From an uncultured Flavobacterium sp. (GTDB lineage Bacteria; Bacteroidota; Bacteroidia; Flavobacteriales; Flavobacteriaceae): a DNA stretch of 64,000 bases. The DNA lies in the NCBI GenBank assembly GCA_964608415.1, contig CAZSOC010000001.1, positions 174,083 through 238,082 of the forward strand. Reading direction: 5' to 3'. Shown here one piece after another: positions 25,738 through 35,143 of this stretch. A program made the translations under genes and the position numbers. Position 1 is the first letter of the stretch. Each line of letters begins with the position of its first letter. The notes beneath the pieces are model-generated. The model saw only the letters and a list, made by a program, of their open reading frames with translations, was not told where the DNA came from and ran no database searches.

Positions 25738-27247
25738 ATTGTAAAGATTTTAATTGATCTAAATAATCACGATGATTGGAAAGTCTCGGGATCTTATGTT
25801 GTCCGCCTAATTTATCCTGATTCTTGAGCCAGTCATAAAACAAATTGCTTCTGGCAATATTTATAAGCGGAGGATTAAGAGTCATATTGTTATGGCGTTT
25901 GGCTTCATAATCGGAGTTGAGACTTTGTAAAGTTTCATCCAAAACTTTTTCAAATAGCTGCATATTTTCCGGGTTTTTCCGAAACTCAATTATCCATTCA
26001 TGAGAACCTTTTTCTCTTCCTTCCATAAATATTGGAGCGACAGTATAATCTATAACTTCGGTTTGAGTTAATTTACAGGCTTTTGCAATGGCATTATCAG
26101 AATTTTCAACAATCAGTTCTTCACCAAAAACATTTATATAATGTTTAGTTCTTCCTGTAATTCTTATTCGATAAGGGTTTAAAGATGTAAATCTTACAGT
26201 ATCCCCGATTTGATAACGCCAAAGTCCCGAATTGGTGGTAATGACAATAGCATAATTTTTACCGATTTCAACTTCAGACAATCTTATTGTTCGTTGTTCG
26301 TTGTTTTCGTACTGATCCATCGGGATAAATTCATAGAAAATTCCATAATCAAGCATAAGAAGCAGATCATTGGAATCGTTTAGATCCTGAATGGCGAAAA
26401 ATCCTTCGGAAGCATTGTAAATTTCATAATACTGGAAAGAATTCGACGGAAATATTTTCTTGTATTGTTCCCGATAAGGATCAAAACTTACGCCTCCATG
26501 AAAGTAAACTTCGGCATTGGGCCAAATTTCCAATAAGTTGGTTTTTTTGGTGTCCTCCAAAATTTTATTTAATAAAACCAGCATCCATGATGGAACTCCG
26601 GCTAAACTGGTTACGTTTTCCAGTTTTGTTTCATTTACAATTGCATCCAATTTGATTTCCCAATCACTCATCAACGATACTTTATTGCTTGGGGTGCTGC
26701 TAAATTCTGCCCAAATGGGCATATTATCTATGAGAATTGCAGACAAATCTCCAAAGAAAGTATTGTTGTTCTCGTACAATTGTTTACTTCCTCCTAATCG
26801 CAGACTTTTTCCGGTAAATAATTGTGAATCTTCGTTATTGTTAAGATACAGTGAAAGCAGATCTTTTGCGGCTTTGTAATGACAATTTTCTAAGGCTTCG
26901 GGGCTTACGGGAATAAATTTACTTTTGGCATTAGTCGTTCCGCTGGATTTTGCATACCATTTGATAGTAGTTGGCCAAAAGACATTCTGCTCACCCTGGC
27001 GTGTTCTTTCTATCATTGGTTCTAAATCTTCATAAGAAGAAACAGGAACCCTTTCGGCAAAATCGCGATAACTTTTAATAGATTTGAAATCATGTTTAAT
27101 CCCCGTTAATGTATCTTCGGCGGTTTTAATAAGATTAAACAGTAATTCCTCCTGAACTTCATTGGGGTATTTTAAAAATAATTCTATCTGATGAATCCTT
27201 TTTTTGAGTATCCAGGAAGCAACAGAATTAATTATAGATAATGCCAT
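25736..27247 (-). CDS. GH3 (auxin-responsive promoter) family acyl-adenylate/amido synthetase-like protein
   Basis: AKSSGTTNAKSKFIP, YNASEGFF and WRYQIGDTVRF motifs typical of GH3/ANL enzymes. Confidence 0.88.
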   Translation of the reverse strand: MALSIINSVASWILKKRIHQIELFLKYPNEVQEELLFNLIKTAEDTLTGIKHDFKSIKSYRDFAERVPVSSYEDLEPMIERTRQGEQNVFWPTTIKWYAKSSGTTNAKSKFIPVSPEALENCHYKAAKDLLSLYLNNNEDSQLFTGKSLRLGGSKQLYENNNTFFGDLSAILIDNMPIWAEFSSTPSNKVSLMSDWEIKLDAIVNETKLENVTSLAGVPSWMLVLLNKILEDTKKTNLLEIWPNAEVYFHGGVSFDPYREQYKKIFPSNSFQYYEIYNASEGFFAIQDLNDSNDLLLMLDYGIFYEFIPMDQYENNEQRTIRLSEVEIGKNYAIVITTNSGLWRYQIGDTVRFTSLNPYRIRITGRTKHYINVFGEELIVENSDNAIAKACKLTQTEVIDYTVAPIFMEGREKGSHEWIIEFRKNPENMQLFEKVLDETLQSLNSDYEAKRHNNMTLNPPLINIARSNLFYDWLKNQDKLGGQHKIPRLSNHRDYLDQLKSLQ

Positions 27248-27351
27248 ATTTTGAAGTAGGATTTAGAGTTATTACATTTTGAATTTTCTAACTTTACCAA
27301 AAATAATAAAAAATTCAACTACAATTTTAAAATAGCAAATATTATTATACC

Positions 27352-28146
27352 ATGATTTATGAAGGGCCGCTCAATAAAATGGCGACAGAATATGGAACGC
27401 CAATCCAGTATTATTTGGTTTTCGAAAATAATTTCCTGAATGTAAATCAATTGCTGGAAAAGAAAATCAATATTAACATGAAAGGATATCAATGTTTGAA
27501 TTGTAAAAAACATAAGAAGATATTTCGTCAGGGTTTTTGCTATGATTGTTTTTACAACAGTCCGGAAGTAGGAGATTGGATCATGAGACCCGAATTAAGT
27601 ACTGCTCATTTGGGAATTGCAGATCGGGATCTTACTTATGAAACCAAGGTACAATTGCAGCCACATATTGTATATCTTGCTTTTTCTAGCGAAATTAAAG
27701 TAGGTGTGACAAGAAAAACTCAGGTGCCGACACGTTGGATCGATCAAGGTGCTTCTCAGGCGATTATTGTGGTTGAAGTTCCCAACAGGTACCTGGCAGG
27801 AATTACCGAAGTTGCTTTAAAAAATAATTTTACAGACAAAACCAATTGGAGAAAAATGCTTCAAAAGGAGTCGGTTATTTCCGATTTAATTTCAGAAAAA
27901 AATAAACTTAAATCATTTATCCCGGAAGAAGTACAAGCGTATTTTAATGAAAATTCAAATGAGATTTATCAATTAAATTATCCGGTACTTGATTATCCCG
28001 GAAAAGTTACCAGTTTGAATCTGGATAAAACACCTGATTATTCTGGAAAATTAATAGGGATTAAAGGACAGTATCTTATTTTTGAAGACGGAACGGTTTT
28101 CAATATCCGGACTTACGAAGGTTATATTGTAAATATTGAAGTATAA
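27352..28146 (+). CDS. DUF2797-like protein with Cys-rich putative Zn site
   Basis: CLNC...GFCYDC; PHIVYLA, KVGVTR...PTRWIDQGA; GKLIGIKGQYL. Confidence 0.8.
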   Translation: MIYEGPLNKMATEYGTPIQYYLVFENNFLNVNQLLEKKININMKGYQCLNCKKHKKIFRQGFCYDCFYNSPEVGDWIMRPELSTAHLGIADRDLTYETKVQLQPHIVYLAFSSEIKVGVTRKTQVPTRWIDQGASQAIIVVEVPNRYLAGITEVALKNNFTDKTNWRKMLQKESVISDLISEKNKLKSFIPEEVQAYFNENSNEIYQLNYPVLDYPGKVTSLNLDKTPDYSGKLIGIKGQYLIFEDGTVFNIRTYEGYIVNIEV

Positions 28147-28170
28147 AAAAAGCCGCAATTTGCGGCTTTT
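28147..28170. terminator. Bidirectional terminator
   Basis: AAAAAGCCGCA-ATT-TGCGGCTTTT between convergent genes. Confidence 0.8.
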
Positions 28171-28187
28171 GTGTTATATGATAAAGA

Positions 28188-30779
28188 TTATTTTCCGAAA
28201 ATACCTTTGATAGCATTGGTAACTTTATCTTTGGTTTCTTCTTTTTTAGTTGTTGTTGCAGAATCTTTTTTGGTGGAGTTTTCTGTTTCTTTATTAGAAT
28301 TCCCTCCTAATAAATTTCCTAATAGATCTTTTCCTTTTTCTACAGCTTTGTCTTTTTGCTGCTGAACCAGCTGATTGGTCAGGTTGGTAACCGCAGATTT
28401 CATATCTGTAGAAATTACCGGATTAGAAAAATTACCTGTAAGATTTGCAGTAATAGGAATATTTTGAAGTTTGTTGGTTTCTGCAGGAGATAATTTAGAA
28501 AGCAAATTAGCTACTTCGTTACCTAAATATTTGGCAGGAACATCAAAAGTAAGATTGTAATTCATCGATTGGTCAAAACCATGCTGACCTCCAACCTTAA
28601 ATTTCATATCCTGATATTTGATGTCGATAGGATTTACATTTACTTTTCCATCTTTGAAAGTAAGATGAGTGGTAACATCTTTAAGATTGATCTTTTTTAG
28701 ATCTATAAAACTCAGATTATTGTCAAGTTTGGTCAACATTGTTGAATTTTCAGAATTTAAAGCCGGAGATAAAAATTCTCCTAATAAATCTCCGGAAAGT
28801 GTGTTAAGATCCGGAGTCATTTCTTTAGCATCCAGATTTCCCGAGAGTTTTATTGTAGAATTGATCTTACCACTTATCACTCCTGCGATTGGAGCAATTT
28901 TTTTCAACATTTCCAATTGAGTAAAAGTTTGTGTAATATCTACGGCATTGAGTCCCAGATTCATATCGAATTTTGGTTTGGTTTCCTTAGTAGAAACCGT
29001 TCCTGTTGCTGTAATCAATCCGTTAAATATGGAAGTTTTAAGATTTTGTAATGCAATTGCTTCGTCTTTTATGATCAATTTTCCCGAAACATCTTTAAGA
29101 TTAAGATTGTCATACATCACACTTTTTGCATTGGCATTGAGTGTAATGTCCAGATTTTTAGGAATTTTTATTGCTTCGGTTGTTGTGGTTTTTTCGTTTA
29201 CCGTAGTTTCTGTTTTAGACATAAAATCTGAAACTAACAATTGATCGGAACTCATATTAAAAGTTCCTTTCAAATCCTGCTTTTTAAATAAATATCCATA
29301 GAAATTATCCAACACTCCGTTTATCTGAATGTCTGTTTTTCCTGTTGTGATATCTAATGTTTTCAGATCTATTTTCGATGGAGAAAATTGTGCCGTAGCT
29401 TGATTGATGTTGAAGGTTTTTTTATCCTCGTCAACATATTTGAATCCGGTTACAGAAATATTTCCTGAGTTCTGAATTCTTTCATATTGATTGTTTTCTA
29501 TCGCTTTCATATCAAAACTTGTGGTAAGATCTGCTTTTAAGATTCCGGATAATGGGGTATCCAGCTGGATCGGGTATGCTTTTGAAACATTTGCAAGATT
29601 AATTATTCCGTTTAATTTGGCATCGATTAAAGGATTTTCTGTGATGTTTTTGATTTTGGCATGTGCATTGAAAACGTCCTGATCGATTTTGAACGAAAGT
29701 TTGTCGATATCTACATAAATATCTTTCATTAGTCCCGTTTCGTTGATTATCTTGGTGTCTATTACAATGTTCTGAACTGATTTTGGCAGATCAGGATATT
29801 GAAACGAAGCGTTGTTGGATGCCAATTCTAATCTGAATTTAGGAATTGTAGTCTCGGTAAGCATTCCTTTGGCAAAACCGGAAACAGTAAAGTCGCCGGA
29901 AGTTTTTACACCATTTAGATTTCCGGCATAAGCTTCGGGAATTACACCTAAGAAGTTTTTGAAAGAAGAAGTTGGGGTTTTAAAAGTCAGGTCAAAATTT
30001 TGTCCGGCTTCTAAAAGTTCCAAAAATCCGTCAAATTCTAATTCCAATTGATTGATCTTTGCTTTATTTTCTTTGAAAGTATATTTTCCTTTTTCAAAAT
30101 CTATTCCCAATACTGCATCCAGATGTAAAGCTACATTTTTCATATAACTGGTTTGATCCATAACAAATGTAAGTTTGGCACTGGTTTCTGTATCAAGATC
30201 AAGCTGAGTTGCTGCCATATCACCTTTTCCGTGATGATTTAATTCATCGATGATCATTTTCATATTGGATTTTTCATCAAAATAGGTAAATTTCCAATTC
30301 TGGATTTCATAGTTTTGAATGCTTAAAGAAAATGGTTTGTTTTCTGAATTGTCTTTGTCATCTTCTTCGTCTTTTTTGATTGCAATATCAAAATTTCCGA
30401 TTCCGTCTTTGTTGAACAGAATATTTACTATACCATTTTTCGAATAAAATGATTCGATATTCATCGGTTCTTTTTCTCCTTTGAAAAGTTCTGTTACTGC
30501 CATTTTCAAGTTCAATTCTCCCGAATAGAACAAAGTATCACCTTCGAAAGGAGCTTTATTGATAATGCTTAATTCTTTGATGGTTACATTTGCGCGGGGG
30601 AAACTTTTTAATAAACTCAGATCTATATCTTCAAAAGCAACGGTCGCGTCTACGTTTTCGTTGATGGCGTTTACAACCATTTCTTTGATTTTGTCTTTAA
30701 AAAGATATGGAATACTTATTAGTGCAATGATCAATATCAATAAAAAGATACCAATCCCTTTTAAAATTTTCTTTGTCAT
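28188..30779 (-). CDS. AsmA-like superfamily protein
   Basis: N-terminal TM anchor (ILKGIGIFLLILIIALISIPYLF), long beta-strand-rich repeats, C-terminal GGQHGFDQSMNYNL...PITANLTGNFSNP. Confidence 0.8.
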   Translation of the reverse strand: MTKKILKGIGIFLLILIIALISIPYLFKDKIKEMVVNAINENVDATVAFEDIDLSLLKSFPRANVTIKELSIINKAPFEGDTLFYSGELNLKMAVTELFKGEKEPMNIESFYSKNGIVNILFNKDGIGNFDIAIKKDEEDDKDNSENKPFSLSIQNYEIQNWKFTYFDEKSNMKMIIDELNHHGKGDMAATQLDLDTETSAKLTFVMDQTSYMKNVALHLDAVLGIDFEKGKYTFKENKAKINQLELEFDGFLELLEAGQNFDLTFKTPTSSFKNFLGVIPEAYAGNLNGVKTSGDFTVSGFAKGMLTETTIPKFRLELASNNASFQYPDLPKSVQNIVIDTKIINETGLMKDIYVDIDKLSFKIDQDVFNAHAKIKNITENPLIDAKLNGIINLANVSKAYPIQLDTPLSGILKADLTTSFDMKAIENNQYERIQNSGNISVTGFKYVDEDKKTFNINQATAQFSPSKIDLKTLDITTGKTDIQINGVLDNFYGYLFKKQDLKGTFNMSSDQLLVSDFMSKTETTVNEKTTTTEAIKIPKNLDITLNANAKSVMYDNLNLKDVSGKLIIKDEAIALQNLKTSIFNGLITATGTVSTKETKPKFDMNLGLNAVDITQTFTQLEMLKKIAPIAGVISGKINSTIKLSGNLDAKEMTPDLNTLSGDLLGEFLSPALNSENSTMLTKLDNNLSFIDLKKINLKDVTTHLTFKDGKVNVNPIDIKYQDMKFKVGGQHGFDQSMNYNLTFDVPAKYLGNEVANLLSKLSPAETNKLQNIPITANLTGNFSNPVISTDMKSAVTNLTNQLVQQQKDKAVEKGKDLLGNLLGGNSNKETENSTKKDSATTTKKEETKDKVTNAIKGIFGK

Positions 30780-30818
30780 CGTAGTAAAATATTTTTAGGT
30801 AAAAATATCAAATAGTAA

Positions 30819-30851
30819 GCCAACTTACTTAATGTTGGTAAATAAGTTGGC
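30819..30851. terminator. Inverted repeat between sppA and the AsmA-like gene
   Basis: GCCAACTTA...TAAGTTGGC; only a weak U tail on the minus strand. Confidence 0.4.
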
Positions 30852-30865
30852 AGAAATTTAATATT

Positions 30866-32629
30866 TTAGTCAATTTTGATCGTATATGGCATCAACATCA
30901 ATGTGCCTTCTTTTTGACTGTATTGTTTTACTTGCTGTAAAGTTTTGTAGTTTTCTTTACCTATTTCAGATTCGATCTTACTGTCGATCATTGTAGAAAT
31001 TGCTGTGTTTCCAAAAAAATCTTCCAAAGATTGGTCGAAGTTAGGCAAATCCTGTGTTTTATAATCATTGATTCCTGCAAGTTTTGCAGCTTCCTGGAGT
31101 GCATCTTTTAATCCACCGATTTCATCTACTAATCCGATTTTTTTAGCATCGGTTCCGGACCAGATTCTACCCTGGCCAATTGCATCAACTGCTTCAAAGG
31201 TCATATTTCTGCCGGTTGCCACACGATTTACAAAAGTTGAATAGATATTCTCGATACTTTCCAAAGTAACTTTTTTGTAATTTTCTGATAGTGGCTGAAA
31301 AGGACTGTAACCTGCGGAGTTTTTGTGAGTGTTTACCTGTTCTGTAGAAATTCCAATATTTTTTGAAAACTCCGTAAGATTCGGTAACATTCCAAACACA
31401 CCGATAGAACCGGTTATTGTAGTAGGTTCGGCAAAGATTTTATCTGCATTACAAGCAATATAATATCCTCCGGAAGCGGCGAGATTTCCCATAGAAACTA
31501 CAACCGGTTTTATTTTTTTTGTGAGTTCGATTTCTCTCCAGATCAGATCAGAGGTCAAAGCACTTCCTCCCGGACTATCGATCCTCAGCACGACAGATTT
31601 GATGTTTTTGTTTTCTCTGGCTTCTTTCAGGGCTTTTCTCATGGATTCTTCTCCGATATATGTTGGATCTCCTTTGCCTTGCTTTATTTCACCCTGAGCG
31701 TAAATTACAGCAATTTTATCTGAGGTGGTTTTTCCTTTATGAATGGTATTTCCTACTTTTTGAGCATAATCTGTAATTGAAATTTTATTATAATCTTTAT
31801 CTGCCGGGATGTTCAGTGCGGTTTTAATTCCGTTATGAAATTCATCTTCATAAGCTATTTTATCAATAAGTCTTTGAGCTTTTGCCATTTCCGGAGTTCT
31901 GCCTAAAAGATCTGTTGCAATATTATTAATTTGTTCCACATCTATGTTTCTGCTTTTGGAAATATCGTTTGCAAATTCATCCCAAACAGAAAATAATAAT
32001 GTGGAGGTTTGTAATCTGTTGGCTTCGCTCATTTTATTATCCAAAAATGGTTCTACAGCACTTTTGAATTGTCCATGACGTAAAACTTCCATTTTTATAC
32101 CGGTTTTTTCCTGTATATTTTTGAAAAACATAATTTCGGTAGAAAGTCCCTTTAAGTCTAATTCTCCAATAGGATTCATATAGATTGTATCAGATAGAGA
32201 ACTTAAATAATATTCTTTCTGGGTGTAATAATCGGCATACGAAACAATAAACTTTCCTGATTTTTTAAATTCTAACAGAGAGTTTCTTAAAGCTTTGATT
32301 TGTGCTAATCCCAGTTGACTGTGATTGTTAAGTAAAATAATTCCTTTTATTTTGTCATCTGTTGAAGCATTTTCTATTGCGTTAAGAACGCTGATGAAAC
32401 CGGTAGATTTTCCGCCGTTAAGTAAAGCTACAATCGGATCGCTGAATTTTCCTGTATAATCGGCCGAGATTTTTTCCATATTTAATTCTATCACAGAATT
32501 GGTTTTTACAGAAACCTTGTCCGTACCACTTGAAAATATAACACCAATAATCATTATCCCGAAAAAGAGGATCATAAAAAATAAAAATAAACCAACAATG
32601 GTTGCTAAAACTCTTCCTAAAAACTTCAT
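30866..32629 (-). CDS. sppA: Signal peptide peptidase SppA (protease IV, 67K type)
   Basis: LRIDSPGGSA, SMGNLAASGGYY, TITGSIGV, IGQGRIWSG; N-terminal TM. Confidence 0.93.
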   Translation of the reverse strand: MKFLGRVLATIVGLFLFFMILFFGIMIIGVIFSSGTDKVSVKTNSVIELNMEKISADYTGKFSDPIVALLNGGKSTGFISVLNAIENASTDDKIKGIILLNNHSQLGLAQIKALRNSLLEFKKSGKFIVSYADYYTQKEYYLSSLSDTIYMNPIGELDLKGLSTEIMFFKNIQEKTGIKMEVLRHGQFKSAVEPFLDNKMSEANRLQTSTLLFSVWDEFANDISKSRNIDVEQINNIATDLLGRTPEMAKAQRLIDKIAYEDEFHNGIKTALNIPADKDYNKISITDYAQKVGNTIHKGKTTSDKIAVIYAQGEIKQGKGDPTYIGEESMRKALKEARENKNIKSVVLRIDSPGGSALTSDLIWREIELTKKIKPVVVSMGNLAASGGYYIACNADKIFAEPTTITGSIGVFGMLPNLTEFSKNIGISTEQVNTHKNSAGYSPFQPLSENYKKVTLESIENIYSTFVNRVATGRNMTFEAVDAIGQGRIWSGTDAKKIGLVDEIGGLKDALQEAAKLAGINDYKTQDLPNFDQSLEDFFGNTAISTMIDSKIESEIGKENYKTLQQVKQYSQKEGTLMLMPYTIKID

Positions 32630-32760
32630 AATTTAAATGCTTTATCCTATAAGTCTGTTTTTTTTGCTAAATGTTACACATAGTTTCAGAACAATATTTT
32701 TTATTAACAGATTTGATATTGATGCGGTTTTTGTAAATTTCTTTTCCTTAATTTGTATTT

Positions 32761-33897
32761 ATGAATTCGCAAAATCAGGTCTTTTTATCAATAGGGAGTA
32801 ATCAAGGGAATAGACTTGAGAACATTACAAATTGTATATCATTTATTCACAATAATATAGGTACTGTTATAAGTGTTTCCAAGCTGTACGAAACATCTTC
32901 ATGGGGTTTTGAGAGTGCCGATTTTTATAATTGTGCGGTCCTTTTACACACAAATTTTACGGCAGAAAAAATCTTGAATAAGATTTTGAAAATAGAAAAA
33001 AAGTTAGGAAGAATAAGAAATTCCAATGAGTACCAAGCGAGAATTATAGATATAGATATTATTGGATTTAACAATGAGGTTTTGCAGTCTGAAAACCTGA
33101 TCGTTCCACATCCTCAAATGCAGAACAGACTTTTTGTATTAATCCCCCTGACTGATTTGAGTGTGCAATATCAGCATCCCGGCTTAAATAAAAACCCAAA
33201 AGAATTAATCGCAATTTGTAGTGATAATAGTAAATGCAGAATGGTAGGAGATGTTGTAAACCCGATAGAAAAATACAATTTCCAGAAGCTTAATTATCTT
33301 GTAATAGAAGGGAATATCGGTACAGGAAAAACAACGTTTACAACAAAAATAGCAGAGGATTTTAATGCTAAAAAAGTATTGGAAAGGTTTGCAGATAATC
33401 CGTTTTTGCCGAAATTCTATAAAGATCAGTCAAGATATGCATTCCCTTTGGAGATGTCTTTTTTGGCAGATCGTTACCAGCAACTTTCGGATGATTTGGC
33501 TCAATTTGATTTGTTTAAAGATTTTATTGTAGCGGATTATCATATTTTTAAATCATCTATTTTTGCGAAAGTTACTTTAACAGAAGATGAATACAGACTA
33601 TATAGGAAACTTTTTGAAATTATTTACAAAGAGATGAAAAAACCGGATCTGTATGTTTATTTGTATCAAAATACAGAAAGGTTATTAAAGAATATTAAAA
33701 AAAGAGGAAGGAATTATGAGCAGAAAATTCCTAAAGAATATTTGGAAAATATCAGTAAAGGATATTTGGATTTTATAAAAACTCAAACAGGATTAAATAT
33801 CCTGGTAATTGATGTTTCTGAAAAAGATTTTGTAAAAAACCAAAAAGATTATATATTCATTTTAGATCAGATTCAAAGTGCTATAGATAATATGTAG
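32761..33897 (+). CDS. folK: HPPK (FolK) fused to a C-terminal deoxynucleoside-kinase domain
   Basis: LSIGSNQG, RIIDIDII, PHPQMQNRLFVL followed by IEGNIGTGKTT and IKKRGRNYE. Confidence 0.9.
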   Translation: MNSQNQVFLSIGSNQGNRLENITNCISFIHNNIGTVISVSKLYETSSWGFESADFYNCAVLLHTNFTAEKILNKILKIEKKLGRIRNSNEYQARIIDIDIIGFNNEVLQSENLIVPHPQMQNRLFVLIPLTDLSVQYQHPGLNKNPKELIAICSDNSKCRMVGDVVNPIEKYNFQKLNYLVIEGNIGTGKTTFTTKIAEDFNAKKVLERFADNPFLPKFYKDQSRYAFPLEMSFLADRYQQLSDDLAQFDLFKDFIVADYHIFKSSIFAKVTLTEDEYRLYRKLFEIIYKEMKKPDLYVYLYQNTERLLKNIKKRGRNYEQKIPKEYLENISKGYLDFIKTQTGLNILVIDVSEKDFVKNQKDYIFILDQIQSAIDNM

Positions 33898-33901
33898 TTC
33901 T

Positions 33902-34432
33902 TTATTTCTGAAATTGTTTGAATAAATCCCACACAACAATTCCTGCACTTACAGCAATATTCAAAGAGTGTTTTGTTCCTAATTGAGGAATTTCTATACT
34001 TCCGTTACATAATGTAATGGCTTGTTGAGAAACGCCAAAGACTTCATTTCCAAAAATAATTGCATATTTTTCCTGAGGGTCGATTGCGAATTTGTCAAGG
34101 GAATGTGCATTTTCTACCTGCTCGATTGCATAAACTTGATAATGGTCTTGTTTGAGATTTTCGATTACTTCCAAAATATTTTTGTGGTGTTCCCAATCTA
34201 CGGTTTCGGTAGCTCCGAGTGCGGTTTTATGAATTTCTTTATTGGGTGGAGTTGCTGTAATCCCACAAAGTATAATTTTTTCAATTAAAAAGGCATCAGC
34301 GGTTCTAAACACAGAACCGATATTATTGAGACTTCGAATGTCGTCTAATATAATTGTGATAGGTGTTTTTTGTGCATTTTTGAAATCCTCAACAGATTTT
34401 CTGCTCAATTCTGCATTTTCTAATTTTCGCAT
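33902..34432 (-). CDS. TrmH/SpoU family RNA methyltransferase
   Basis: LDDIRSLNNIGSVFRT, IFGNEVFG, IPQLGTKHSLNIAV. Confidence 0.9.
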   Translation of the reverse strand: MRKLENAELSRKSVEDFKNAQKTPITIILDDIRSLNNIGSVFRTADAFLIEKIILCGITATPPNKEIHKTALGATETVDWEHHKNILEVIENLKQDHYQVYAIEQVENAHSLDKFAIDPQEKYAIIFGNEVFGVSQQAITLCNGSIEIPQLGTKHSLNIAVSAGIVVWDLFKQFQK

Positions 34433-34449
34433 TTTTAAAATTTAATTAT

Positions 34450-34478
34450 AAAAAAAGCCTCCGATACCGGAAGCTTTT
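34450..34478 (-). terminator. Terminator after the DUF1573 gene
   Basis: Minus strand GCTTCCG-GTAT-CGGAGGC-TTTTTTT; the G-U wobble pairs only on the minus strand. Confidence 0.75.
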
Positions 34479-34500
34479 GTTTTTTTTCATTTGTAATGAA

Positions 34501-34977
34501 TTAGCTTTTTGTGTTGGCACCACTAGCATCATTCAATACATTACCTTTTATAGTTAACACTTTTTTATTATCATCAATATTTGTAGTGATGGTAACTGTT
34601 TTTGTAAAAGCACCGGTTCTGTTTGTATCATAACCTACTCCAATAACAGCTTTTTGCCCTGGAGCAATTGGTTCTTTTGGCCAAGTTGGTACGGTACAAC
34701 CGCAAGATCCTGAAGCACTTTTAATGATTAGTGGTTCAGTTCCGTTGTTTATAAAAACAAATTCTCTGTTACCATTAGATTTGTGGGCAATTGTTCCATA
34801 ATCAATAGTTTCAGATTCAAATAACATACCCGGACCTTGAGTCTTAGGGGTTTGAACTACGGCCTCTTTTACTGTAGGAGTTGTGGCTTTTGTAATTCTT
34901 TTTGAAGATTCCTGAGCTTGAATTCCACTAATTGCAAATAATGCTAATGCAGAAAACATTAATATATTTTTTTTCAT
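34501..34977 (-). CDS. DUF1573 Ig-like domain exported protein
   Basis: Signal peptide ...IQAQ; DYGTI...FVFINNGTEPLII..ASGSCGCT.P.WPKEPIAPG. Confidence 0.85.
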   Translation of the reverse strand: MKKNILMFSALALFAISGIQAQESSKRITKATTPTVKEAVVQTPKTQGPGMLFESETIDYGTIAHKSNGNREFVFINNGTEPLIIKSASGSCGCTVPTWPKEPIAPGQKAVIGVGYDTNRTGAFTKTVTITTNIDDNKKVLTIKGNVLNDASGANTKS

Positions 34978-35006
34978 TTTAAAGAAAATTTAAATTTGAC
35001 AAAAAA

Positions 35007-35014
35007 CAAATTTA
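35007..35014 (-). promoter_or_regulatory. -7 promoter box for the DUF1573 gene
   Basis: Minus-strand TAAATTTG about 30 nt upstream of the start. Confidence 0.5.
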
Positions 35015-35143
35015 GTTAATAAATTTTATATAGAGTACTTAAGTTAAGATATTTTAATTTTAAAAATATGTTAAACAATTTTTTAAGATTAAAATCATAA
35101 ATTAGCTGTTCAAATATTGTACCAATTTTTAAATCATATTCCA

